Shown here: positions 1 through 14,324 of the stretch, one piece after another | Numbering within the stretch: position 1 is the stretch's first letter | Layout of the letters: each line of letters begins with the position of its first letter | Source: Streblospio benedicti | Lineage: Eukaryota | NCBI GenBank assembly: GCA_019095985.1 | Contig: CM032667.1 | Location: 53,754,001 to 53,816,000, forward strand | Length of the DNA: 62,000 nt | Direction: 5' to 3' | Made by a program: the position numbers and the translations under genes | The notes under the pieces: generated by a model | Told to the model about the DNA's origin: nothing | Databases searched by the model: none | What the model saw: only the letters and a program-made list of their open reading frames with translations

Positions 1-3000
1 TTCAAGTCGAAGCTTCCAAAGAAGCACACATTCGGGTGCTTATAACCAGAGCATTCTATATGTAGACCTGACGCTGAACGTCAATATACACGTAGAGAAT
101 TTTGCACACAATATGCACAATTATACATACAGAATTTGGTTTCACTCCTGCATTTATAGAAATTGTTAGATCTTGTCAGAAGTTCCAGAATCCATCTATC
201 GCTATCACGTTGGCAATCAATGTGTTTACTGGGGCATCGCGCTTCAGGCGGAGTGTTAACCATTTCGTGGTCATTGGGGAACATATATTAGGCTTGTATT
301 GTACTAAACATGTCTCTCCGTCTAGTGAGGAACACACGGCACCTATGACTACGCACATTCACCATTGGACAAATACGATCTATATTCCATTTGGGTAGGT
401 AAGACACCTGGTACAATGCACAAATTACAATAAATGTGGGTCCAGGACTGCGAGAGTGCTTTAAGAAGTCTAGTTGGCAGTAAATTGGCAACGTGAACTC
501 GGTCACTGTTGTTTTTCATTCATATGTCATTCATAAAACGATAATACGGCCGTCATCCATAATAATGTATCACATCTAAACAATTTAAGTTTTTTATCAA
601 TGTACATGAGAACCTCCGCGTATGACCACATCTATAAAGAGACTACCAATATAGAAGGTCATTAGGCCTTCTAACAGCTCCAAATCCTCTTAAAACAGGT
701 GATCTTAGTAGGGAGGTCATACTGTACCTCAATGAAGAGCAGCGAGCTAAATGTCGAACTGTTGTACCATTTCATCCATTACACCTTGGACCTCTATTGT
801 CGCCCATGGGTAACAGCCTAATTACCGTGCTGGCTGCTAATCGGAATCGGTAGCTGGCCAATGATCCAATGATAAATGATTCAAGAACTTCACATTAGTG
901 TAGTGGGACACATATCAGTTTGGCATAGCTGTAGTAATAATAACTGACACATTCACTGACAGATCTCGGTAACCGGAGTTTATGGGTCACGAGAGCTGGA
1001 CGTGACTACAAGGGCCACACCTGGTTTGGGTAGTTGAGAACCCCGCTCCAGGATCTACAGATATATATTCACTTGTTGTTTTTCTATTCCTTGTCTTCTG
1101 TCATGAAGGTTTTTTTTTCTTTCTCGCGGTTTTTCCGGTGAACATAGTTTGCAAAATCATGGATACCCTTAGAGCCAAGGATTTATTGATATCCTTCCTA
1201 CATTTCAAAAACAATTCACTTCCAATTGTTTGCGCAACATCAGCTAATTATGTCAGCAGAATTGAACTGATAACTCAATTCTAATAATCTCTTGAATGTA
1301 TGTGAAATATTGAGAAACAAGTATTTACACGTATGAAAATGCCAATTGACATACAAAACATAGTTTGAGTAGGCTTGGTCTATATCTAAAGCCCAATAGT
1401 GTAAATTTCACTTAATTTTGCTCTAAACAGGCGACAATATCACTTCAAAGAGCCTAAGATCATAAAACGATACCGTGTTCATAGCTACATCCTGCAGATG
1501 GCATGTTACACTTCTCCTCCGGGTAGTAAGAAATAGGCCCCTACATGGGCTAAATATACAAGGTGACACGAGTGTTTTTAGCCACGTTTAACATTAAAGT
1601 GACACACTCGAGAGTTGTTATCAATAGGCACAAGGTACACTCGCATTTCCTATGTACAAGGAGCATGGTGAAACAACAGCAAGAGATAAGTTTTGAAAGT
1701 CTTCCAGAATTTTACGGACGCCATTTATGAGCCTAGAAATAATTCCTGAGTAATCAGCACCACATAAAACAGGAATGTTTCCGCACGGCGGAAAAGGCGT
1801 TTGTGTGTGAAACACACATGCACAATACAATGACTGTGATTTCAACTTCAAACAAATAGTGCTGCATTGCTGTGTTTATTTAAAGGAGAGAGTCGGAATC
1901 AGAAGATTATCTATAAAGGTATTAATTGTATTTGAATGGAAATTTCACAGTATACTTCTCGAAATCCCTCCTACTATTTGTAGAAGTTTCAGAAAGATTG
2001 AACAGATATTGAATGTAGTTTCCTAAACAACCCTATAGTAAAACAATTCCTGCAAAAGTAGGAATTTTACAATAGAGCTATATGGGAAACTACAAGAAAT
2101 ACTTATCTGATTTGTGTGAAAGTTTCACAGATACATTGTATTAGAACAGCTTTCTATATGTATGCTGGTACAATTTAATTCAGGTACATTAAAGACACAT
2201 GCACGGGTGAATTTCATGTCATATCTATCTTTTATGCCACATAAATAGTACTTGCTGAGCCATTTGAATATATGCATTTCTATCTATGTGCAGTATTTTA
2301 CATCTTCATAATTAATCTTTTCTCTAAACTGGTTTCATGAAATGTACCAAAAAATCATATTTGTAAACACTGACATCTTATCAGCCTTAATAAATACCGG
2401 GTATACCTGACCAGCTAATTTTGGCTTTTGGCGCACGGGTGATAGAGGCTGCAATATCATACAGGGCTCTTTTTCTAGGGGAGATATGGAAGTGACAACC
2501 AATATGGCAGTCTACTTTTTATGGGTATTGATATTTTATCAAAACGCATACTAATGATTGTAAAATCAATCGTTATTAGGAGCAACATGTAAAGTGTATC
2601 AAAAAGCAAAATTATTAATTCAACCAATCTAAGGAGGCATTTGCTGTGCATGTTCCTTTAAGAACCTCTCAGTCACAATTGTTCACCTGCAAAATGTACT
2701 GTGCTTTTTAAAAACTGGGGCGAAAATATCATGCTACGTTTAAAAACGCTGTGGTCAGGCAATTGGTCAAATCATAATAGCTAAAATACCACGACCGATT
2801 GGAAAAATATCATGGCCAATAGCTTTAGACTATACAGCTATAATGATCGTATATATATACGTAGTCTTTCAAAAGACCTTATATCTAATAGTTGTTTCCT
2901 CTATTATTACAAAAACGCTCATGTAAACCATATATCAAGTGCAAAGAAGAAGAGCAAGTGCAATTGAGACAGCCTCTAGCTCTAATAGATATAAAGTCTT

Positions 3001-3034
3001 TTACAAAACTCTGGGAATTCCACTGTTATTAAAT

Positions 3035-4185
3035 TTATCATTCTTTTCATGTAATTTCATTGGTTATCAAGATCCAGAAGTACCCGATAACCCGGAGAGG
3101 GGTTATCACCCCTCTTCGAAGAGGGGTGATACTATGGTTATCATGCTTGTTCTCAGCCGGACTACTTTTTTCAAATTCTTCAAGATAGTCACAATGTCCA
3201 GTCAGCAGCCCAAACGAAGAAGGATAAATCCTGTGATTTATTCAGACAGTGAAAGTGACTGATTGCTATTAAATCAGTTTACCCGGCTTTATTTATTTTA
3301 GTATATTTTGTATCATTTGTAAAATATCACACTTCTATTTTGTCTTATCACAGTTTATGACTTCTATATGATGATTGATGTACTACTATGGGGTAAACAT
3401 ACTAAAATCAGTTCGTTTCATGACTTCAGAATGAATTAAAAAATCAATTTGAACTTTGATTTTTTTCTGTCAATACATCATCCACAATCCTGAGAAGTCT
3501 AATGCAATCAAACAATCTGATAATTGTCAATTCACAAATATCCTCATGATAAATTATCCATTCATGCCATTGCAACATTAATTTGATTTTTTTTCAAGCA
3601 TGTCAATGAATTGTAATTAATATACTGACAACAAAAACAGTACTGTTATCAATGCTGCATAAATACTAACTTTAAGTTGGGCCTACGAACATATTGATTT
3701 GCTATGAATTAAGCCGTGACCTCCTTTTTGACACCTAGATCTAGACGAAAAAATCTTTACGTCGACAATATCGCATGATTTCTACAGTTGATTCAAGAGA
3801 AATATGATGACCTACGCACTTATTTATGTCGCATTTAACAGATGATAAGAATATATTGAGGAAAACCATTCAAAATATCACTGAATATTTGATGACAATT
3901 AATAAAACGTGATATTGTGTTTGAAGCGGGGAAAATTCTTGATTAGTGTGGTGATTATGGAGGTATTTCTACGCTTGCATATATATATTTACTCAGTAAA
4001 TTCCAGAATTAAACATGTTTTTTTAGGATAGTTACTTTGAAACCGTATGACATTTAAAGCAGAATGATCAATGATTTTTAGAAGAAAATTTTGTTAAATT
4101 ATGTATGAGACAAATCACACTCTAATTCGCCATAAGAACTCCTAATAACAAAATCATGTTCACCAACTCACCCGGTTTTGTGTAT
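3035..4185. mobile_element. ~1.15-kb insertion of unknown class with a subterminal double hairpin, splitting a local repeat
   Basis: 2861-3034 plus 4186-4325 together match the uninterrupted 5720-6010. The insert holds a perfect 28-bp palindrome TATCACCCCTCTTCGAAGAGGGGTGATA (3104-3131). No TIR or TSD recognised. Confidence 0.65.
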
Positions 4186-5719
4186 ATACAGCCTCAAACA
4201 TCCTGGCCTGGTATAGCTCTTAAAACCAGAGTATTCAGTAGCAGCAGCTGTAGAAGCAGCAGCATGCATGGGTACTTTTTCCAGGTAAGGATTAGCCAAG
4301 ACATAAAGTATGTGATTTTGATCAAAGCTTCTTCCATTCAAATGAACAGTACCACATGCTTAAATGCGAAAATACCCAACTACAGCTGCTCTAAAAATTG
4401 ATTGCTGTTTCTAAAATGGTAGTGAGCTGACAGTCATACTAGGGATCAGCTGGATTTGCTGCTATCTAGTCTTATCTGTTTACACACATCTATGTCACAT
4501 CTATCTGACCATTGTATAATTTTGCTCTTTTTTATGTTTTACATTATGTATTCCAAAGCACATTCATCCTCTATTCTAAGCGTTGAATCAGAAATTGATG
4601 AAGAAGATTTTGAGTTAAGGGGTAATGTAGTAACACATGAGATCACACAAAAAAATACAGCAACTATGTTTGATAAGCTAGACACATCTAGCTACTGACC
4701 CAAACTCCCTAGAGTGACGTGGATGCTCATTACATGATGGCGGATGGCTGAAAAACCTCTGTGAGAATATACTAAAATGCTGTGTTTAGTAGAGTAAACT
4801 TGCAGATGTGTTATTTTGTTCAAATTTTTGAATTGAGCAAAATTACAAATTTCATTTCAGGGCCTCTTTAATATATTTCAACACCACAACTGTCAACAAT
4901 AAAAGTGATAACTGTATACCATTTATATAACTAGTAGAGTAAACTTATTTCATTTTGTTCATTTTGCATCTGCAAGGGTGTGTCCAAAGTTACGATTGAT
5001 GTTACAAAACTGAATGTGCAATATAATCACAATTCAAACAATACTATTTCCATGTGTCGTCTAGATAGAACATAATCCGATTATCATCTAGGATACACTT
5101 TATTTAATCTCTTCACCAAACCATTTTTGACACTTTAGTGGCTATGTTAGTAAGATAGTATACTAGTACAATTTACGTAAGATACATAATGCCAAGCCTC
5201 ACGCTGTCGGTCGAACCATACATTATGGTAATTTTGAGTTTATGTCATGCTTTACTCTTGGTTGTGATAGTAGGCATGATTGACTATACTAGTGACGAAA
5301 GGGTTAACGTGCTTGGGTGTTGCTCTGCTGTAGAATGAACACGCGTAGAGCATGCCCTCTTGTGTCTCGGCAGTAGCCTTGGTGAACGATGCATCTTCAT
5401 GGCTTGAACATCCATCATCATCCACGCAAGGGAGCGGCTATCGCGACTAAGGAAAGCTTTTTAACAGGGTGTTCAGCTGGACGTGTAACACTGCACAACA
5501 TACAGCCAAAGGGATGAGGCGCAGCTTCAAATAGTGCGGAAGTGTTTTGCGCATGCGTCTTCTAATCCGTCTGTCAATCATCGTTTTCAATTTCCCTGCG
5601 CAGCGTTTTAGTCTCCGGCTTATATAATCAGGGATTATAATTATATTATCGGGATTAGATATATTTGATATGGTTCACCATTACGTGTAGATTTAGTTGT
5701 CAGTCTTTGGTATTGGGGC

Positions 5720-6010
5720 TAGTCTTTCAAAAGACCTTATATCTAATAGTTTTTATTTCTATTATTACATAAACCACTCGTGTCAACGAGCAAGTACAAT
5801 TGTGACGGCCTCTAGCTCTAATAGATAGATATAAGGTCTTTTACAGAACCCTAGAATTCCACTGATATTAAATATCCAGCCTCAAACATCCTGCCCTTTT
5901 ATAGCCTTTAAAACTAGAGTAATCACTAGCAACAGCTGCAGGAGCAGCAGAACATGTATGCATGGGTGATCAGGTAAGGGTCAGCCAAGATATTAAGTAT
6001 GTAATCCTGA
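5720..6010. repeat. Diverged local repeat containing a small MITE-like inverted repeat
   Basis: 17-bp inverted repeat AAAAGACCTTATATCTA (5729-5745) / TAGATATAAGGTCTTTT (5826-5842). Homolog at 2861-3034 plus 4186-4325. Confidence 0.7.
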
Positions 6011-8392
6011 TGTGTTTCTCAGTTACTTGTACATGTATGACTTAGTTTCTTTTTACCAAAAATGGATACACCTCCAAATAATAGTCCCCCAAACGTTACA
6101 TGATATATAGTATATATTATATACATGTACGCAAATTTTGAGGGGTGGATAGGGCCAAAAGAGAGAATTGCAGGGTGTTATCATCATTCTCAACCAGTCC
6201 CCTTAAAAACGTTTATTGATGTTCAACTTTTATTGACTAAAGAGGGTAATATAGTACTGAACACCTGTTCATACTTTTTCATACCTGTTTATTTTACATT
6301 TCATTTATCAGAATGGAAAGATATAAGAAGAAAATTGAAATAGAATTAACAAAATGTGACTACATTTGTTTTTATCTTTTGATGATTCTCCCATTGCTTG
6401 TATTAGGGCCTACCTGTTTTCCTCTCAGACACATGTCAATTATGCACCACTTTTGGTGACGTCATCTGTTTCTGTATTTGTACTACATGTACATAATGCC
6501 AGGGGCGGGGGATGACTAAGTGGCTTCTCATTCGCCGTGGGGGGAGGGGGGATGGTACTTTTTTCTAATTGGGCATTGCGTGTTTTTTCGTATAGTACCT
6601 TGAACAGTTTTGATAGTTTCATTCCATCTGGAGTCAGACTGTCGAATAGCATATACAGAGACACCCAATCTTTCAATATACTAAAACCTCCATACATTGT
6701 AAAGGGACTTAGCTGCCCAATGGTGGATGGCAGAAATATATCCTACATGCTCAGGTAAGAATGCAATGCAGTTAGCTTGCACATCTCTTTTGCAATAACT
6801 CAAAATACCAGATAATAATATGACTGCGGTTTGAAGGACAAAATTAACTTTTATTATTATAAGAAAACACTCAGAACATTTGTAACACAACCAGAGCAGT
6901 TCAAATATTACTTAATATAGAGTTTAAACGGTAAATTGCATGTGGTCACATATTAAGAAGAAAGAATATACATATTGATTGATTACGAGTTCAAATATTA
7001 CTTTCGGTGGGAAAGTACAAGAAATATTTGCCAGCCCTTCGACACATTTTGGGCAGATTTCGCATTTCGTTTAAAAAATGGTTGCCAACACACTCATAGA
7101 TTCTATATGTTCAAATTACATAATTTACTTAGACCAACCAAAGATTAGGCTGACACCTATATGTAGCCACATTACAAGACACCAGTTGCTTTACTTGGCC
7201 TGACGTTGGCTCAACCTGTCACTCTGTATATACGTGGCGTGAAGTCTTTATCCCCTCATTAAGGTGAGATGATCAAGGCTCGTTTGAGGTGATGGTGCCA
7301 AAGCTTGTTCTAGGTGACATCGCACTCTGTTATGTGTCATATGCAAAAGGTGACTTGGAGGGCAACAAAAAATGTCACACCGGCAAAAACGACTTTCACG
7401 TCTTTCGAAGTTCATCTTTTTAAGTTCAATGATGTGTTAGAACAATAGATAAATAGATTATACATGAACAAATGCTATAGGTCTACAACATACGAGTTTA
7501 TCTATTGATAGTAAATTAAATACGTGTATATCGCAGACCCTGCGGTACCCCCACCCACCATCCCACCCTAGAGAATCACGACGTCGTTGCTTATTAGATT
7601 GTTCTCTTTCTGTCGGCGGCTGGCAGCTGCTCGTTACTATGGTAACCCAATTACAACCAACTCAAACATTTCACAACAAGACAAGACACAAAAATACATC
7701 AACAGAATCATGGCGTGGTGGTTAGGACATAGGAATATTGACTTATAGTACTGGTTGTTTGTTTACTTTGGGGGGGGTATTCTGAGTTTGTTGTTGAGCA
7801 AAGTTCTTTTTAATGGTGCAGTTATTGTTGAATCTTATACATACGCACACACCCTGTCAGCCATTAGCTTCATTAGGATATGTATGTCACAAAAAAACAA
7901 GCCACGTCGATAATCTTATTAATATGTGATATAAAGACGGATCAAACAGCACCTTTTCGAATAGAAAATGTGTAACTAAATATTGTTGGTCTGCGTAAAT
8001 CTCGTTTAAACCATACATATTTCCAGTGTGACAATACGTCCCGGTAGGTTTGATTGTGTATTCTAGTTAGTACGTGATTGATTTGATTTATTTTATTATT
8101 GTGACATAGTATTATTACAATCCCAAAGAAAACTGATACAATGTAAGAATGAATACCCAGCCCTAATTGGGCTTATAAGTTACCATATAAAAGACAATTA
8201 ATATGAGAATTGAATGCGACTATTTTACACATCACTCAATTATAACACACATCAATACAAATACAATACAGATACAATTTGGATGAGTATACTTTCATCG
8301 CAGGCAAAACCCATAACTATTTTTTTATTATTTTTTCTTATTTGGCCAATGTAAGAGCGTACATTTGATGCTGCTACACCTATTTTTTCTGC

Positions 8393-8668
8393 TCTTCTTC
8401 TTCTTCTTCTTCTTCTTCTTCTTCTTCTTCTTCTTCTTCTTCTTCTTCTTCTTCTTCTTCTTCTTCTTCTTCTTCTTCTTCTTCTTCTTCTTCTTCTTCT
8501 TCTTCTTCTTCTTCTTCTTCTTCTTCTTCTTCTTCTTCTTCTTCTTCTTCTTCTTCTTCTTCTTCTTCTTCTTCTTCTTCTTTCTTCTTCTTCTTCTTCT
8601 TCTTCTTCTTCTTCTTCTTCTTCTTCTTCTTCTTCTTCTTCTTCTTCTTCTTCTTCTTCTTCTTCTTC
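8393..8668. repeat. (CTT)n microsatellite, ~90 units
   Basis: Read directly; one phase slip near 8581. Confidence 0.98.
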
Positions 8669-9639
8669 CATTTACTTGTGACCTTCATTCCTGAAGATTC
8701 TTACGAGATGACATGATTACATGATTGGACTAGACTTTCAGAAATGTTCCACGTAGACCGACTGTTTGTATGAGGGGTTATTTTTCAAAAAAAAGGTGAA
8801 TCGAACAATACGCCCGAAATAGATGGGGATGGCACCTAAAGTATGTGTAAACAGCAGACACTGTTACTTGTATTTATCTACTATACATGTGCTTTCCAAT
8901 TTTTTTTACTCAAGACCATTCTTCTTTTCAAATTTGATTCACACGGCGCTTGAAAGTCGAGCAAACAAATAACTTTGTGATGCTATTTTATTAGTGAGGC
9001 ATCCATTCCGTGTCCCAAATACACACCACAATCCATTAGAGCAATCAGGAAACCTTGGTCTGCTGAGATGTGGGTGCAATAGTACAGACATAGCGGAAAT
9101 TAGTATTGCGAAGATGACCGCTTTGGGATCAAATGCGCACTCCATATAATTATGTTGGCACTACGTAAAACATGAAGAATAACCTCCAATTACGACCATC
9201 TTCATGAAGAGACCACCTCTATAATCAAAATGTCCCTCACGTTTCATAAAGAGGTCATAAATAGACCACATATATACAATGTATTCATTGAGATGAATAG
9301 AATGCAGTCCACCGATATTAAAGGTACATAGACTTTAACCCTACTTTAGTCGATACGACCGAGAAAAGTGACAACAGAGCGGTGGTCATTGATAAAATAT
9401 ACAATATATTCAATTAAATACAGTTTTACTGTATTGAATTGACAATCACCCGCACTGTGGCGCCATGGCCTGATTACCCTCACTGCCCCTGGTACAATGG
9501 GCCCGATGGCAATAACAGCCATAAGTCTCCACCGCTCGCCTCACATATAAGTAGAAATCCACGGACAGTATTTTGTAATGCATTTCATTTTAACTATTCT
9601 CTTTCCTTCCATTGAACGCGCATAAGAACCACTGTTTGC

Positions 9640-9683
9640 ATGCTTGTTTACTTACTTACTTGCTTGCTTGTTAACTTATTCGT

Positions 9684-9719
<36 letters not shown>
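9640..9719. repeat. (GCTT)n microsatellite
   Basis: Read directly. Confidence 0.9.
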
Positions 9720-10135
9720 CAAAAGGGCAATTTTCTTGATATCTGCTTCTTCTCCTTCTTTTTTCTTCTTAATGATAATAGTTAGCACCTTAACGAACGT
9801 GTAAATGCCCACACTTGCTCACAAACATACTGCTCTGATTGATGGTTGATGAAGTGGTTGCCTCAGAAGTGTGCATCAGTTAATAATTAGTGGTAATTAA
9901 GACAAATACGGGAACATTCATCAACCACGTCTTGCGTTGTGTATGGTTTTGTTGTGTTTCGGCTTCAAGTATTTTTGTTTTGTTTGTTTTTGTTTGTTTT
10001 TGTTTTTTGTTTTGTTTTTGCTGTTGTTCTTGTTGTTTTTGTTAATGTTTTTTTCTGTTCAGCAGCTACAGCACCGACAACAACAAAGTAATAGCAATAA
10101 ATGTAGATTTGATCTTGAACGCCATAGCAACGTCG

Positions 10136-10163
10136 ACAACATCATCAACAACAGCAACAACAA

Positions 10164-10209
<46 letters not shown>
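10136..10209. repeat. (CAA)n(CAG)n tract; second copy at 18795-18868
   Basis: Read directly; marks the start of each duplication unit. Confidence 0.92.
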
Positions 10210-13200
10210 GTGTCATTGACAAGATAAAATTGCGTTATTGACAAAAACAAAAACACAAACTGGCCCGACATTCACAATTATCGTGGCCGCCGCCGTCGTG
10301 AGGCTGCCGCCTCTTGAGCAATGCGGCGGCGCGTTTGAAGCGCTGATTAGATCGTGTCGGAGCCGAGGAGCGACCACCACGACGTGGGAATCTCGCGGCA
10401 ATCAGCGCCGAGCTGGTGATTTGGACGGGACGGAGATTGGGAGTGATTAGCGCGGGAGACGCTTGTGTAAACTAGATGAAATTCGCAATTGAAAGAGGTT
10501 TGTGGAGATGAATGATCAGAAATGTTGGAGGGAGGTGTTAATGACTGGGGGGTTGCGATTGTGACGACGTGCGAAGTGTTTCTTTATAGATGATCATTTG
10601 ACAATGAGTGTGCATCGTTGGTACGTGTGATTAATGATGGAAATGGTGTGACACAAATATCGTGCTTGTAGCTGTGGCTAATTGAATATGTACTACTATT
10701 GTCGTACATTTTCAAGGTTGAAAATCATTTGGATGAGCGCGGTGGCTACATAGATTATGAGATTGTAAAATCTATAGACAATTTTTATGTAATTGTCTTT
10801 CTTTACCACAGTTTATTAATAATTTATATGATTTTATTTTTATTTCCCAAAAAGCCACGTACATAATAGCCTACATAGAATAACATTAATCTATAGACAA
10901 TGATAGGGCTTTGACATTAACCGTCTTCATAAAACAGGCACTTATATGTTAAGACCTTTGCGCAAAACAATCCATTACATAACGGCTCTCAAAATAACCT
11001 CCCATTGCCCTGTTGACAGTATAATATAGGCCAGTCAGGCGCACAGCGGGCATCGTGGGAATCAGACCTGACAACAATCTCCATCCACCACTGATTCAAT
11101 ATGGCAGGTAGTCAGAAACGGTATCTGTACATGCACAAAGACTGGAATGGAGATTGACTGATCTACAATGGCAGATCCACATTATATTATATCGTAAAAT
11201 ATAACCAACAGTAAATTGTGGCTGCTCATAAATTACGGTAACGTCAATTGCGACCGTGTCAACTAAAATGGTCTGGCTTGCCGTAAAAAAATATTAAATT
11301 GTCACCACAACGGTCTCTCTGCCGCCATTCTGGAATGACACAGGCCTCGTCAACGTTGGACTTCGGTGAGATCATGTGCCGAGCCGACGAATGGACGGGT
11401 AGACTACTACAGAGACGCGAACTTGAACCCCTGGTTTTCTCGCCATTTATCTACATATAGCTAGGCGTATGGTACATGAAACTGCATCTACTCTTCAAGC
11501 TTGTTCTATTGGTGTCAGTCACATCGCCCTACATTGTACTCTTCGCTCATGCTGGACACTAATGAAGAGTGCCGATAGAGAAGTGAAACAGTAGTGACGC
11601 GACGAACAATTACGCAACACCAACACGTTACTTATATTTCAAAAAGTGTTGAGCGTCAATTAATTACCTATTAGCATTGCCTGAAACATGGCAATTAACA
11701 AAAAAGTGTTGGGAAAATTCATAGCAGCAAGAACATGCGAAGTCATAGTCCTCTACATTATGGCGTAGCATCACATATTATAGTCATATTCATAGCTGAG
11801 CCTCTTCTGAGTCTTGTCTGGGCTCACAATTTATGGAAAACAGCTATGTTTTTTCCAAGTCGTAGGACTTTTGATGCTGCATTGCAATAATGCATCTTTC
11901 CACAGGTTCACAAGCACCTCCTTGTTTAGAGCTGGGCAAACCCACAGACGGCATTTCCGCACTCTCCGTTGATGACATCAACACTGCTTGGTGTGAGAAT
12001 CATGACAAATATTTGTTCGTTTGTTTGTTTGTTTCATTCTTTGTTTGTTTTGTCTGTTTGGTCTGGTTTTGCCATCCAAGGAAGTAGTAGTGAGGATTGT
12101 ATTATGGGCTTGAGTCGTATAGCTTCCTCTTACAGACTTGATGTGTGTGTGGGGGGGGGGGGATAAGAAGTGTAATGTGGTGGAAGGGGCACAACAAGAT
12201 GTGGGATGTTGGGAAATGGAAAGACCAACGGAAAGAGGGATGTGTGGTGTATTGCCTCCTTATACCCCCCCCCACCACCACCACCCCCAAAAAAGTGGGG
12301 GTGGGGGTGGGGGGCTGGGACCATTGCATTGGTGCGTCAATATGTTAATTTGGGCGAAGAAATAATATAATGCTTTGCTGTATATTATATGTGGATACAG
12401 TGTACGTATGATACATTGAAATGTATCCACAGAACAAGGAACATTGCAATACATTAGAATGTGCCCACATATAATGATGGCATACATCTAGGCTCGGTTC
12501 GCTGAACAAGTAGTTACTACGTCCACCAAAGGTCTCAAATGCCTGCTACCGACCAGCATTTATTGCCTTTATCCTTGGCAATGACCAGCAGTAATTTACT
12601 GTTTTCATTGTTTTCTTGTAAGAACATTAAGAAAAAAGCTTGGTATTGCAATATTCGCCTACATGTTGTTTTCCTCATACTATTTGTTCATTTTCACAAA
12701 AGTTTGAAAAATAGTCACAGAATTGATTATTTGTCCACAATCTCAGAGCCCACAATCTTGCAATATCCAAGAGTTTGCAAATTTGTAAATTATGCAATGT
12801 GGTTATGAGATAGAGAAGAAATAAACTGATCGTGGACCATCATGGCAATTGTCTCTACGAAACAATACTCTCAATATAAGCAATGTACGGCAAAGTAATA
12901 TGTTTGAAATTATAAACACAAACAAGAACGAGATTCACTGTTGATTACAAAGCTTAATTGCCTGAATCCCTTTCTCCCCAAATATAACCTCTCAATCAAT
13001 TCACTATTTCTCACACTACATTTGACATTCACAAATATAATGTACAAATCTCAAAGAACCTACTCCACGCCCCATATATATACACTGGCAGATCAAGGTA
13101 TTCATTAAAAAAGGAGAGGGGCAGCGAGTCGATTTCACGGTTTTCATATCTCCTGTATATATCAGCTATAATTTAAAAAGAAAACTGGATCTGCCACTAA

Positions 13201-13216
13201 TACATTCTCTACTCAC

Positions 13217-13388
13217 CGTGTGCCGCGTCCGGTGCCTGGCGTGCTCCGGCGGCGGGCGGGGGCGGCGCGGGGCGGCGGCGGCGGTACGCCCACCACCCCG
13301 CCATGGCGGCCAGCGTGAGCAGCACGGCGGCCGCCACCGCGCACCCCGTCACCACGGACACCACGCGCCGCTCGCCGGAACTGTAGTC
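13217..13388 (-). CDS. Transmembrane exon of a single-pass membrane protein (copy 1, open frame)
   Basis: Acceptor tgtttgcag|, reads DYSSGERR-VVSVVTGCAVAAAVLLTLAAMAGWWAY-RRRRPAPPPPAAGARQAPDAAH, donor |gtgagt. Hydrophobic helix followed by a basic stop-transfer cluster; very GC-rich. Its link to the 56400/54550 exons is inferred from strand and composition. Confidence 0.72.
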
Positions 13389-13412
13389 CTGCAAACAGAG
13401 GGCGGGTTTAGA

Positions 13413-13576
13413 TAGAGTGGAAACAGTTATTAAGGCCACCGCTCTAAAGTGGCCACCTCTTTAATGAGAACGGTGTTCACGGTCCCCCAGCTGTATGTAG
13501 AAACCACTTCTAATCACGACCAATTGAGCCAAGTCCCGAGGGTGTTCGTATTATTCTAATGTATGGTCAAACTGTA
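13413..13576. mobile_element. Old pogo/Tigger-like MITE; related fragments at ~625-726, 9205-9270, 54640-54725, 58950-59121 and in the duplicated copies
   Basis: Repeated (G/A)CCACCTCT motifs, GTCCC, GGTG(G/T)TC and ...ACTGTA-like ends; degenerate. Confidence 0.45.
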
Positions 13577-14324
13577 CTAAGATCTACACACACCTGCCTG
13601 GCACGAAGCTTTAAAAGAACAGCATTTGGAGCTAGGTGTGGGGTTTCTTTGAAATATCAATCTTAAATCATAAAGATTTTATTACAACGTACAAACATGT
13701 TATTTTAATGATACCCCATCTTAAGCCTCCCGCACAAGTGGCTTACATTCAATCCCGTGAAAATATGGCGTCGACGCGGTTGACTACAGGCTGTTTCAAA
13801 TGTACTATATGAGCATATTATGTATTGCATATGCGCATGATGATAAAAATATTGAAACATTCTATAGAATCTACGGAAACACTCGAGGCCCATACGATGT
13901 CTGCCAGGAACCATTGTACACAATCAAACTGTGAAAATTGGGTAGGCCTTGTGCTGTCTTTAGGCTCATAATATGCTTGATGCATAGTATTTTGAACGTC
14001 TATTAATTTACGGGTGTGTGGGTAGGACTACGTTGATAAGATTCGATCACTTTTGAGAGTTCAGTGCTCCTTGTCTGAGGAAGAGATAAGTTGTAGTCAA
14101 CTCCTAAACGTTCATTCCTTACCCATGGCAACATTGGATGTCTATGACATAATAACCAGACAACTTATCAGCTGTCAAACGACATAAACAGTCACGTAAG
14201 AACTTCCATATAGATAGGATTCCACATTTAGCAATCGTTCGCGGAGCTCACAATTTATGACCAGTGCAGACAGATGTCCCACGTGGTCCTAAAAAGGAGG
14301 TTCTCCTGTATTACGTGATATTAC

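Noticed and set aside
176..358. DAPVNTLIANVIAIDG, cadherin-repeat-like motif
   Set aside because: Short, stop codons nearby, no convincing splice sites and no other cadherin motifs.
8252..8694. Poly-E/R/K/F/L ORFs
   Set aside because: Translations of the (CTT)n microsatellite.
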